DNA of 62,619 nucleotides, filler included, from Basidiobolus meristosporus CBS 931.73 (Eukaryota > Fungi > Basidiobolomycota): assembly GCA_002104905.1 (NCBI GenBank). It is 3 parts of 3 records of this genome, joined end to end, with 100 filler letters (N's around TTAATTAATTAA, not from the genome) between each part and the next. Parts side by side here need not be neighbours in the genome. Positions count along the whole stretch, not along the records: positions 19,607 to 48,724 come from MCFE01000873.1; 2 more parts are not named here. The stretch is one strand, 5' to 3'. Below, piece after piece: positions 25,078 through 35,416 of this stretch; positions within the stretch are counted from its first letter, which is position 1, and every line of letters starts with the position of its first letter. The notes below the pieces were generated by a model. That model was given only the letters and a program-made list of their open reading frames with translations, did no database searches and had not been told where the DNA came from. A program made the position numbers and the translations under genes.

Positions 25078-27439
25078 ATAAAGCAAGGAAAGCACTATTC
25101 TGAGCAGCATAAGTAAGATTGAGTAAAATTACCAGTAACTGTATCATACCACCGGCATCATGGTAGAAATTATAGTGCCAAATAGTGCCGTAGGGTGCCA
25201 GATTGATCCGGCACTATAAACAGGCTGGCACTATGTGGCACTATCCAATGGAACTAGTCTATTAATACTCAGCAAGCCACAAGAGGAACACTTGGTGCAC
25301 ATTGAAACAGTCTTGGAGGAGCTAAGAAAGAACAAGCTGTATGGCAAGCTAGCAAAGTGTTACATCTTGAAGGAACCTGTTTAATACCTGGAACTTATGG
25401 TGACTAGCACAGGAGTGATCTTAGACCCTAAGAAGGTTGAAGTCATCAAGAATACAAAGCAGCCCTATAACATATCAGAACCCAGATTACTCCTTGGAAT
25501 GGTTTCCCATTATTGGGGACTTGTCAAGTCCTTTGCAAGTATTGCAGCCTCTTTGACTGATATTCTCAAGAAAGTCAACACCTTGAAGTGGGACATAGCA
25601 TGTGAGATTACCCTTCAGATGCTTATGAATGAACTTGCTAAACTGCCAAGCTTACAAATACCTGACCTCAGACAAGAGTTTACTCTGTGCACAGATGCTT
25701 CAGACTATGCAATTGGTGGATTACTAAGTCAAGAACATGTGGGAAAGGACTCTCTAGTTACTTTTGAGTACAAGAAACTGAACTTGGCAGAGCAAGATTT
25801 TCCAGTGCATGAGAAGGAGATGCTTGCCATAATACACTGCTTGAAGACCTGGAGATGCCACAATGAAGGAGTCAGGTGCACTATAAAGACTAATTGTGCC
25901 TCACTAATGTTTATATTTAGTCAGAAGGTACTCTCCGGAAGAATGGCAAGATGACGTGAATACATTCAGCAATTTGACTTGGAGATTGTGTGCTGCCCTG
26001 AGAAAAACAACACAGTTGCTGAAGCCTTATCAAGACCAGAACAAGTTGCACAACTCAACTTGGTGCATCAATCAGATTGGCCTAGCTTATTACCAAAGTA
26101 TTTTGAGGACCAAGCCATTCCTAATGAAGTGGATGAAGAGATCAAGAAGATAATCAGGAATAAAGCAAGCAAACTTGTAGTACAAGATGAAACACTCTAC
26201 CAAATTGTTGATGGAAGCCCTCTTATCTATTGCCCTGATGTGACTTGCCTGGATTTAATACATAAGCTAAACAATGAACATGGGCATCTTGGAATTGAAG
26301 GAATCTATAGCCTTGTGAAAGCCACAGCATGGTGGCCCAGAATGAAATAAGATATGGAGAAGCTAGTAAAAGCATGCCCAAATTGGCAAATCAATCAAGG
26401 CCAACCACAAAGAATTGCAGAAATATTTCTCCTAGAGCATGCAAGAGCATTTGAGAGATGGAGAATCAACCTTGTTGGAAGTTTGCCAACCACTAGGAAA
26501 TGCAACTGTTGGATCCTAGTTGCAATTGGCCATGCCACTAAATGGCCAGTGGTTAAAGCTGTACCAGTAGCCAGTGAGCAAGCAATTACAAGTTCCATCT
26601 TCCAAAATATCCATATGAAGCTTGGATGCCCTGTAGGGAGTTATCCTATAGAGGAGTAAACTCTACAGCCTAGACATTGGAAGCTCACCTGGAAATGCAT
26701 AAGATCAAACACTTGAAAATCTTGGCATATCACCCTAGAGCTAATGGAGTCAATGTGTGGTTTAATGTATTATTTGAGAAAATGCTGACCAAGTATGCAA
26801 ATGGAGCTGTCAGTATATGGGATGAGTATACAGACCATGCACTGTTTGCCTGCAGAGTTAGAGCACACAACACCACCTAACAACTGCCATTTTACTTGGT
26901 AAATGGATGTGATGTGAAGAGCTTCAGGGAACCCTCTCAGCTTTGGTAGGGGAGAATTTTATGATTGACCGCTTGAGTAATAAAGCTAGATTAGCCACTT
27001 GTCAAATCAATTAGTTTTATGCTTTGCCTATCAGTATATCAGTGTTATCTATCAAATTAGTAGTATGAGTTAGCAGGTGAATCAGCAGATCCTTATCATA
27101 CAGAAATAGATATATTAAGTAGGATCTATCTGGGTAATGATGATGCAATCAAATGAGTCATCAGCAACAACCTACATTAGGAAATACAATATATCAGCAA
27201 CTGATCTGGCAAAAAGTATACAAGCAGCTGCTGGAACCTCTATGAAAATCAGTTCAAGTTTTAGTGAATTCAATACTAGCTAAGCTCCCTATTCCTCTAC
27301 AACTCTTATATTAAGATTTGCAACATCTATAATGAGGCTGTTGTGATTGGGCAATCATACCTCCCACAGACATGTCTATTCATATAGCTGTTACAATGCA
27401 CTTATTCAAGTTTTATCATAGTTTTATTATCCCATTATT

Positions 27440-28319
27440 CTTTACCCAAATAAGGTTCTCCATAGAGAGAGCTACCCAAACTTTCACCCTATGCCAGTCC
27501 AAGTATATTCATTATATACAAAAGTACCAAATGGAAGACTGCAAACTGGCTGCTGCTCCAATGGTGACTAACATTAACTAGGTTTAAATTCAGCCAAATC
27601 AAGAGGGCTTGGTGCCATCCAAAAGCCATGACTTTCCATATCAATCTATGGCTGGTGGTTGGATGTTTATCATGCTTTAAAAATGCTGCAGTATCTCGTA
27701 TTCAATGGGAATTGTGAGCCACCACAATTAGAACTATGGATCTGATCATATTGCAGTATTTAAGTAGATTTTCAGATATTGGAATGGAACTGCTAATATT
27801 TGCTCAAGGCTCACCTACTAGGATTCAGAACAAGATCTAGAGGGTTGCTCTAATGCTGGTTGGGGACAAAACTTAGAGAACAGAAGATCTGCCACAGAAT
27901 ACACCTTTCTAAACTGTAAAGAAACAATTTTATGGAATTCAGGAATACAACCAACTATAGCACTTTCTACCACAGAAGCAGAGTAAATGGCACCCTGTGA
28001 AGCTACAAGAGAAGCAATGAGGTCAAGGAAGCTTCTTAAAGACTTAGGCCTATATCAAAAAGCACCCACTGTTTTATTTGACCTAATCAAGGATGTATAT
28101 TATTAGATAGAAATACAACTTTTCTTGCCAGAATTGAGCACACAGATATTGACCTCATTTCATATGTGAATCCATAGAGAATAACTTGATTACCTTAGTT
28201 TACTGTCCTACAGATGACATGATTGCAGACCTAGTTACTCAGCCATTAGGTAGTGACAAACTTAATTATATTAGGTCAAAGTTAGGACCAGTCAGTATAA
28301 TAATTTAATTGAGTGGGAG
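27440..28319 (+). pseudogene. Heavily decayed copia RT/RNase H remnant with PPT
   Basis: TLCQSKYI...YQMEDCKLAAAP, QPTIALSTTEAE and LVYCPTDDMIAD-like pieces. PPT TTGAGTGGGAG at ~28309-28319. Confidence 0.85.
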
Positions 28320-28665
28320 TGATGTAAAGATTTGTAATTCCATCTAAGTATTCATCTACCTTAGTTACCTAGATCTTTGCCTACAAATCTTAAAGAATTC
28401 TGCCTAAACTCCTTGTTGTTATATACTTGAATATTCTCACCAAATATCAGGTACACAGAACATGAAAATTCTTAAAGTTGTCTAACTAGTCCAAAACTTT
28501 ACACACATGCTCTTGGGATATTTTTAAGCCTATTATATGTGCTTGTTTTGCCAAGACCATGTGAAGTATAAAGACCACTTTGACATTCAATAAGTCATTA
28601 AGTAAAAACTACATAACTTGCCTGTCCTCCCAATTTCTTCCAATATCTCAAAGACTCTTACAACA
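28320..28665 (+). mobile_element. Diverged copia family A 3' LTR
   Basis: TGATGTAAAG...CTCTTACAACA, collinear with 17276-17625. Confidence 0.88.
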
Positions 28666-28669
28666 CTTA

Positions 28670-28830
28670 GAGGGTAGGTATGTGGCTTTTTCACTGCTTC
28701 CATGGTTTACCTGGATAGTTTCTTCTCCAATTGCGTTAAGTGTTCTATTGTCACCAATGAAAACTGCCATGATCACATGGCATCCTTGAACTTTCATGAT
28801 CCAGCCAATCAAGTTGGTAAAGAAGTTGCA
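28670..28830 (-). pseudogene. Copia protease remnant
   Basis: VFIGDNRTLNAIGEETIQVNHGSSE matches VFMGDDRTLDAVGEGTIQVNLRSSE. Confidence 0.8.
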
Positions 28831-29699
28831 GTTCCTTCTAGAAGCTTTACTACATTGTAGCAACTTCTTGAAAGCTCCAGTCAACAATCACTATGATACA
28901 TTATGTGGAATCTTCCCATTGGATTTGTGTAGCCCAATACCATATAGGGTTTTTGTATGTCACATGGCCTATCCACAGGATCAGTAGACCCCTGTCATAT
29001 CACTATGTGATATTCTAGTCTGTTCTTTAGTATATTTCTATCTTTTCACTCACTGTGCCTCACCCCAGAGCCCCATTAGTAGCAGCCAATATATCTTGGC
29101 ATACATATTGTCAAAAATGTATATAGTCCTATCTCCCCTAGAATATTCCTTGATCCAATAGACATAGATTCTGCATATACAGGGTTATCTTGGAATCTGC
29201 CTTGCCTTGTTGATCCACACCTAAGTCTTTTCCTTGTCTTGCTTTGCCAAGGTATACTCACCTGTGTTGTGTCTATTTGTAGCAGTTTTACCAGACTGCT
29301 TCTGACCTACTGGTGGATCTCTGCCTTCTACCTATAGTTCTTGAAAAGTACTTGTCAAGGAATACTTACTGCAAGTATGACCCTGAGTCTTTCCCTGGTC
29401 TTGTCTCTAAAGGCAAACATACTTTATCTTTGTAAAGTTGTAGGCCAAAGCTGTATTTACTTTGTCACCCTGCTGGTGTAATCTACAGTTGTTATAGTAT
29501 TGGAAACTGTAGTACAATACTCCATCAAAAGACATCAAACCCAGTACCTTCTGGAGTGATGTTGCTTAACCAAGGTTTGGGACTGTGGCTCCATAATTGT
29601 ATTCTTGACAAACTAGTGGCTTTCCAACTCACAAATTAGCTAGTAATATCCAGTATTTCTGAACAAGTGCCAGAAACATCTTCACCTCCTGCTAGCATG

Positions 29700-30315
29700 T
29701 CTTGTCCAACCAGGAGTATGACTTTGCAGACCTCATAGTGGCCTTTGCTAGCTGCAACATGACAGTGCAGGTCTCAGAGATTCTGTTGCACAACTACAAA
29801 GTCAAAATGCTCAGCAGCCTATCTAAACTCCCTCCTACAATAATCCAAAGATCACTTCCACTACCATGTTCTGTGGCTCCCACAATGAGTTCCAAGGTTT
29901 CCTCAAGATAGTCAAACAGCACTTGTTGCTACAGCCTAATTAGTTCCCAACAGATCAAGCAAAAGTTGGTTCTATCTTTAACCTGCTAACTGGAATGGCA
30001 CAGAAATGGCTCTCCTATTTGATGGGAACCAACTCCACTCTACTCAGTGACTACCATGCCTTCCTCACAGAGATTGAGCTAACATTTGGCAACATTGACC
30101 CAGGCAGAACTGCTGCTAACACAAGCAAGAATCTGAAGCAAGCAAACAGGCCTGCATCCATTTATGCTGCTGAATTCTGGCTAATAGCCAGTCAACCAAG
30201 CCTTTGGGGTGATGTTGCCCTAATTAGTCAGTTTAATAAGGACCCAACAATGAGGTCAGTGAGATACTACTTGCACTCCCTGACACTACTTCTCTGGGTG
30301 AAGCTATACATCTAG
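29700..30315 (+). pseudogene. Ty3/gypsy gag (Retrotrans_gag-like) remnant
   Basis: FCGSHNEFQGFL, FPTDQAKVGSIFNLLTGMAQKW, FLTEIELTFG and LKQANRPASIYAAEF. Confidence 0.85.
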
Positions 30316-30354
30316 CAGTCAAGTAGTGCTTCAAGGATACTCCATGGAGGCAAG

Positions 30355-32680
30355 TGATCCCAAGCTCTGATAAATAAGGCACACTGATGGATATTGAGCC
30401 TATCTCCCCTAACAGCAGTACCCTGTATGAGCCCGGTCAAATCCCTATATGAAATGAGACAACACCTGTTGAAACAAATGCCAAGGATACTTTATGGAGC
30501 CAAGTGAGCCCAGTTAACCATCTACTAGTGAATGATGTAACGTTGTGGCTAGAGAAGTGGTGCATTTCCACTAATATCAGTAATGGGGGCTTTGAGGATT
30601 TATTACTCCTTCTTGCCAAAAACATACTGGGATGCAACATACCATGTACATGGTACAAGTGGACAACCATCATGTGGCTGGCAACATATGATCCAGAGAT
30701 TCTCCTGATTTCAGCATGTGTTAACAGTTGCATGGCATTCACATCCAAAATGCCACCTTTGCAACATGTCCAAATTGTCAGGAAACCATCACCATTGAGG
30801 GAAAACATTGTTCACACTCCAGATATATTCTGGTAATACCCCATTTAAAGAAGCTCATGCAGTCCAACAAATATTGTGAAGCTATAAAGTACCTCACTCA
30901 GTATCAATCAAGTGCCAACATATCCAATATTTTTGATGGCAAACATGACAAACAGCTAAGAAGCAAGGGTTACTTTGAAGGTATGTATGACCATGCCTTT
31001 GCCTTGGTATTTGATGGAATCTCATTAAACAAGTACCTGAGCAGCAAGTCCTGCAGGCTGCTGATTCTCATCAACCTGAATCTACTGCTTAGCCTACAGT
31101 GTCAGAGCAGAAATCTGATGGTAGTCTCACTAGTATCTGGGCCTAGATCACCATCCAACTGGGATAGCTACCTGTATCCATTGCTAGATGAATTTTGTAT
31201 GCTTTCCAGCAGGATACCAATAAATGGCCATAATGTTAACTCACATATCATTAGACTTGTTCTGTTGGATAGTGCCTCATAGAGCCATGAGTGCCAAATG
31301 ATGCCATAGTGTGCCAAGGAGGCTAAGTGAGTCTATACTTGGCCACAGAGTGTGAAACATTGCTCTGCATCTTCATGCAAAGTGGCCCCTGCATTTCACC
31401 CATTTTGTTGGAGAAAATACATTTTTTGACCTTTTTTTTGGATCAATGTTGTGTAGGATGTGAAAAGGCACAGAAGGACTGAAGACATGCATCTGGTACT
31501 CAATACCCATGGCACTCTGAATCTAGTTCCTGTGGCTCGTATCATGCCACAAAAATGCAAGGCACTATCTTGGTGCACTGGTACTATCTGGCACTATAAG
31601 TGCTTTATATAGGTTTTTCTTTAGGGCCAATATTTAAATATAGTGCCAGATAGTACCAGTGGACCAAGATAGTGCCATGCATTTTTGTGGCATGATACAA
31701 GCCACAGGAACTAGATTCAGAGTGCCATGGGTATTGAGTACCAGATGCATGTCTTCAGTCCTTCTGTGCCTTTTCACATCCTACACAACATTGATCCAAA
31801 AAAAAAGGTCAAAAAGTGTATTTTCTCCAGCACAATGGGTGAAACACAGGGGCTGCTTTGCATGAAAATGAAGAGTAATGTTTTACACTCTGTGGCCAAA
31901 TTTAGGTCTACTATGCCTTTCTGGCACTTAATGGCACTATTTGGCACTCATGGCTCAATGTGGCACTATCCAATGGAACAAGTCTATTATCTGCATTGGA
32001 GATACCCTGGCCATTAGCTAGATAGCTGGCTTTTCTGGGCACAATGGAGGGTATAGCTGTTGAATGTGTGAGATCCAGAGGACTTACTTCATAACTCACA
32101 CACATTATTATTGCTCAAGCTCCAGCACTGAGAATATCATCTTTCAGCAGAGAGAACATACAGAAGTCAGCATGCAATTTCACCAATGTTGGCAAGCCAT
32201 AAGCCATTGGCCAGAATATGGAATGAATTGGAAACTGGAGATACTTAAGTTAGAGGGTATATGTTGGAGCAAAGGCCTTCCACTGGGGGCAAAGCATTTG
32301 CTTTTCAACAATATCCCTATACTGATGACCATGTAGTATGTGTGGTATTTCAAGCTAAATAAACCCATCAAAATACCAGAGAAAATTGAAAGAATTGGCA
32401 AGATATCCCAGAGTATCTGCTAACCTAGGTACTTCTCATGGACTCCAATCAACATTCATATACATATTCAACAATACAAGTGCAAGGGCTGGATGAACTG
32501 GATCTGTATTTATTTGGGCAGCCTTCTGAAGCCATTTCCACTAAGAGTACATTGGAAACATTGGGAGCTCATACGGACATTTTAGGAATTTTTATCCAGA
32601 AGTGGATCACCAATGCCAACTTGATGCATCTACAGCTTTTGTGCAAAGAGTTTCTGATGGAATTTGAAGGGTTATAATAC
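30355..32680 (+). mobile_element. CACTA/EnSpm transposase pseudogene, copy 2, interrupted by the fold-back element
   Basis: Collinear with the 3281-4715 copy (VNDVTLWLEKWCISTNIS, IFDGKH, SYLYPLLDEF, HLLFNNIP). Confidence 0.87.
31253..31985. mobile_element. 733-bp non-autonomous fold-back/MITE of the Harbinger-like family, TSD ATT
   Basis: Inverted arms 31253-31598 and 31639-31985 with a 40-nt loop. Ends are AGACTTGTTC...GAACAAGTCT with ATT at both flanks. Removal restores H-I-I-I-C-I-G-D of the CACTA transposase. Confidence 0.93.
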
Positions 32681-32752
32681 AAACATACAGCTGAACATGT
32701 TGATCTCTGTTGCTACTGTATCCATTTGCTACTTTATCTTGCTTGCTGTGTT

Positions 32753-32853
32753 GGGCTCATAACCTGTTGTAAGAGTCTTGGAGATATTGGAAGTGATTGA
32801 GAGGACAAGTAGATTATGTGGTTTTCACTGGTGGATTACAAATTCTTACAACA
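32753..32853 (-). mobile_element. Internally deleted (89-bp) copia 5' LTR plus PBS
   Basis: LTR 32765-32853 keeps both TGTTGTAA/TTACAACA ends but lacks ~260 nt. PBS GGTTATGAGCCC lies at 32753-32764 on the minus strand. Confidence 0.85.
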
Positions 32854-33830
32854 GGGCCTGGCAGTGATAAAGGGAGAGGAATAAGCCTACCCAAACCAGA
32901 GTCAGCTAAGTGTGAGAGATGCAGTGCAGTTCCCACCAATCAATGCCATCAACCTAGATCAGTTTGAATCCCACAATGACCAAGAAGAATTACTAACAAG
33001 AATATGACTGTTTTTACTCAGGTTGATAGTGCAGCCTGTGGAGCTACACACCAGTGAGGTAGTTGAGTTTGCAGAGAAAGGCAACCTTTCTACTATATCC
33101 TTAATGTCCTCCATTATAGACAGGGTGGATATCCTACAGGCAGGCAAAGCTACACCATCAAGAAATCAGGTGATTATTACAATGCCAGCAGTGGAATCTT
33201 GGAACATTAAAAGCCACACCAGGAGGTTGCAGCACTTTTCAAGAGCAGTGCTAAAGAAGATATACTTGAACATTGCAAGGATTTGTTTCAAAGACTGGCA
33301 GATAAGGGGCTAGATCTTACAGAGCCAGTAGAATACCAGGACATATAGTAGGGCTCTGACCAAAGTGATGGGCAATGGGTGTTGTGGTAGAGACACTTAT
33401 TAAATGGTGGATTTTAATGGAGTCACTTGTTGTGTATCTGGTTGGGCTTAATGCTAGTGTTGGGTATTAAGACTTGTATAGGTCAGTACTATCTACAAAT
33501 GAGTTAAAATTGAAAATTTAATGGAAATAAATCAACTTGTATTCATAAGAAGGTAAAAGCATTAGTTGATTCAGGAAGCAGAGAGGGCAAAAAACAGGTA
33601 ATAGCCAATCAATGTACACAAACATATAAGGTGACTCAGTGTATGGGATCAGAAAATGAGTGTAATGGCCAAGAACCAATAAAATGCAATCAAGGGATAG
33701 TGGTGATGAAATATCTTGAACAGGTTTTTTGTTGGACCAGAGGAGGAATTTTTTTCCAGCAGTTTTTGTTCAGTGTCCAGCAGCCTCAATACCTCTTGAG
33801 CATGGGATTTATATTTTTCATAGCAATATG
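32854..33830 (+). repeat. Second copy of the accessory-ORF 3' part plus family R repeat
   Basis: VQPVELHTSEVVEFAEKGNL versus VQPVELHSSKVDEFAEKGNL, then R-type sequence. Confidence 0.8.
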
Positions 33831-33839
33831 ATGGGATCA

Positions 33840-34440
33840 TCACATTTATTTTTTGCACTGCAAGGATGTATACAATCAGGTATATATCCAACTTTTTATG
33901 CCAGAAGTAAGCACCTGATATTAGAGACCATCCTATATGGGGAGCTATGGAGGATAACTTAGTTAACTAAGCTTACATCCCTACTGATGATATGAGTGCA
34001 AACATATTTACCAAATCATTAGCTAGAGACAAAGTCAAATGTCTTAGATCTCAATTAGGACAAGTCAACATGAGTATTTAGTTGAGCAGGAGTGTTGTGA
34101 GTATTGCATTTACATCTAAATGGTCACCTAACTTGGCTGCTTGGATCACTACATACCAATCTCCAAGAATCCTGACCAAATTCCTTGATGGGACTTACTG
34201 ATAATATATATTCACCAAAACATCAGGTACTCAAAACATGAAATTTTGTTAAACAGTCCAAACAGCCCCAAACTCTCCACACATGCTTTTGGGACCTTCC
34301 TAGATATTTCCTACATATTTTCTTGCCAAGACCATGTTAAGGTATAAATATTACCTTACATCCAATAGTTCTTTAAATGAAAACAACATGATCTACTTGT
34401 TCTCCTAATTTCTTCCAGTATTTCCAGAACTCTTACAACA
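33840..34440 (+). mobile_element. Copia RNase H remnant, PPT and 3' LTR (34093-34440)
   Basis: FTKSLARDK-like end, TTGAGCAGGAG PPT, TGTTGTG...CTCTTACAACA. Confidence 0.82.
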
Positions 34441-34649
34441 GTAATTACAAAGCTTACAAGAATTAAGTAGATGGACAAGAGATACTTTCTCACTTGAAAA
34501 GCTACAGAAGTTAGCATAGTAAGCTCAGCTTACAATCCTACTTGTGAAATGATTGCAGATATAATCATAACACCATTTGGCTGATACATATTTGAATGTC
34601 ATAGACTACAAATAGGCCAAGTTCATATGAATGCTTAGTTAAGCAGGTG

Positions 34650-34985
34650 TGTGATAAGCTCTTTAATTATACCAAGCTACTCTGTTGTCTTGGTCACTTA
34701 GGTTATAGCTTCAATTCTTATTATGACTTGTTCAGATCCCCTACTGAAATTTACACGGAGCATTTTACTAGAATGCTAGGTGGCCAGACATGGGAGATCT
34801 CAAAGTTGTCCAAAGGCCCTAAACCTTGTACACATGTTCTTGGGACCTTCTTAAGCATATCCCACATTTTTGTCTTGCCAAGACCATGTAAATGTATAAG
34901 TACCACTTTCACATTCAACAAATCACAAGGTGAAAACCCCACAGTCAACTTGTCCTCCCAATCACCACCAATATCTCCGAAACTC
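34650..34985 (+). mobile_element. Old, diverged copia LTR relic next to the gene island
   Basis: CTCAAAGTTGTCCAAA, CACATGTTCTTGGGACCTTC, GCCAAGACCATGTAAA and CTTGTCCTCCCAATCAC blocks match family A. Confidence 0.75.
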
Positions 34986-35416
34986 TCACCGCGGTTGAGG
35001 CTTAAGATGAACTCCAGGCTTATAATACAGTTGGAAATACTCCCCCGACGTGAGACCAAGAAGTGGGCGAATCCGTTCAAGAGTAATGGGAAAGCCTGGA
35101 TGCTTGGCACTCATTATGGTGGGTGGCAAGTGGGCACTGAAATAGAAGATTGAGCAAAAAACCTGGTTGACACGTTCGAATTGGCCTGTCTGACTGGTAT
35201 GAGACCAATTGGTGACCATGCTTTCGAACCACAACTGCGGATCTGGAAGACAGGTGCAGCGTCAGTATCGATGCCATCAACACGGCTTTGGAATTCTTAG
35301 CCAACAACCCAATCCACATGATGAAGTTGATCTGTCCACCAGTGGAGGTGGAAAAGGGAGCTGGCCGGTGGAAACGTGGCTAAGATTAGGGATTTTATTG
35401 GAGGAAGAGGGGGGGA

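Larger units (their letters stand above)
21861..25260 (+). mobile_element. PIF/Harbinger-superfamily (PHIS-like) DNA transposon, 3400 bp, TSD ATT
   Basis: TIRs AGACTTGTTCCATTG and CAATGGAACTAGTCT (14/15 match) with ATT on both flanks. Excision restores G3 RT D-D-I-L-I-L-S. Two divergent ORFs are present, with GGCACTAT subterminal repeats at the right end. Confidence 0.92.
20081..26940 (+). mobile_element. Ty3/gypsy pol (family G3), degraded and split by two insertions
   Basis: LPPVRDVGHAID, GYI|[40 protein letters not shown]|LI, LCTDASDYAIGGLLSQ, HGHLGI and YHPRANG. Insertions at 20299-21474 and 21861-25260. Confidence 0.9.

Noticed and set aside
29000-29700. Putative LTR or 5' leader of the gypsy gag at 29700
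   Set aside because: No partner LTR, PBS or TSD could be identified, so boundaries cannot be supported.
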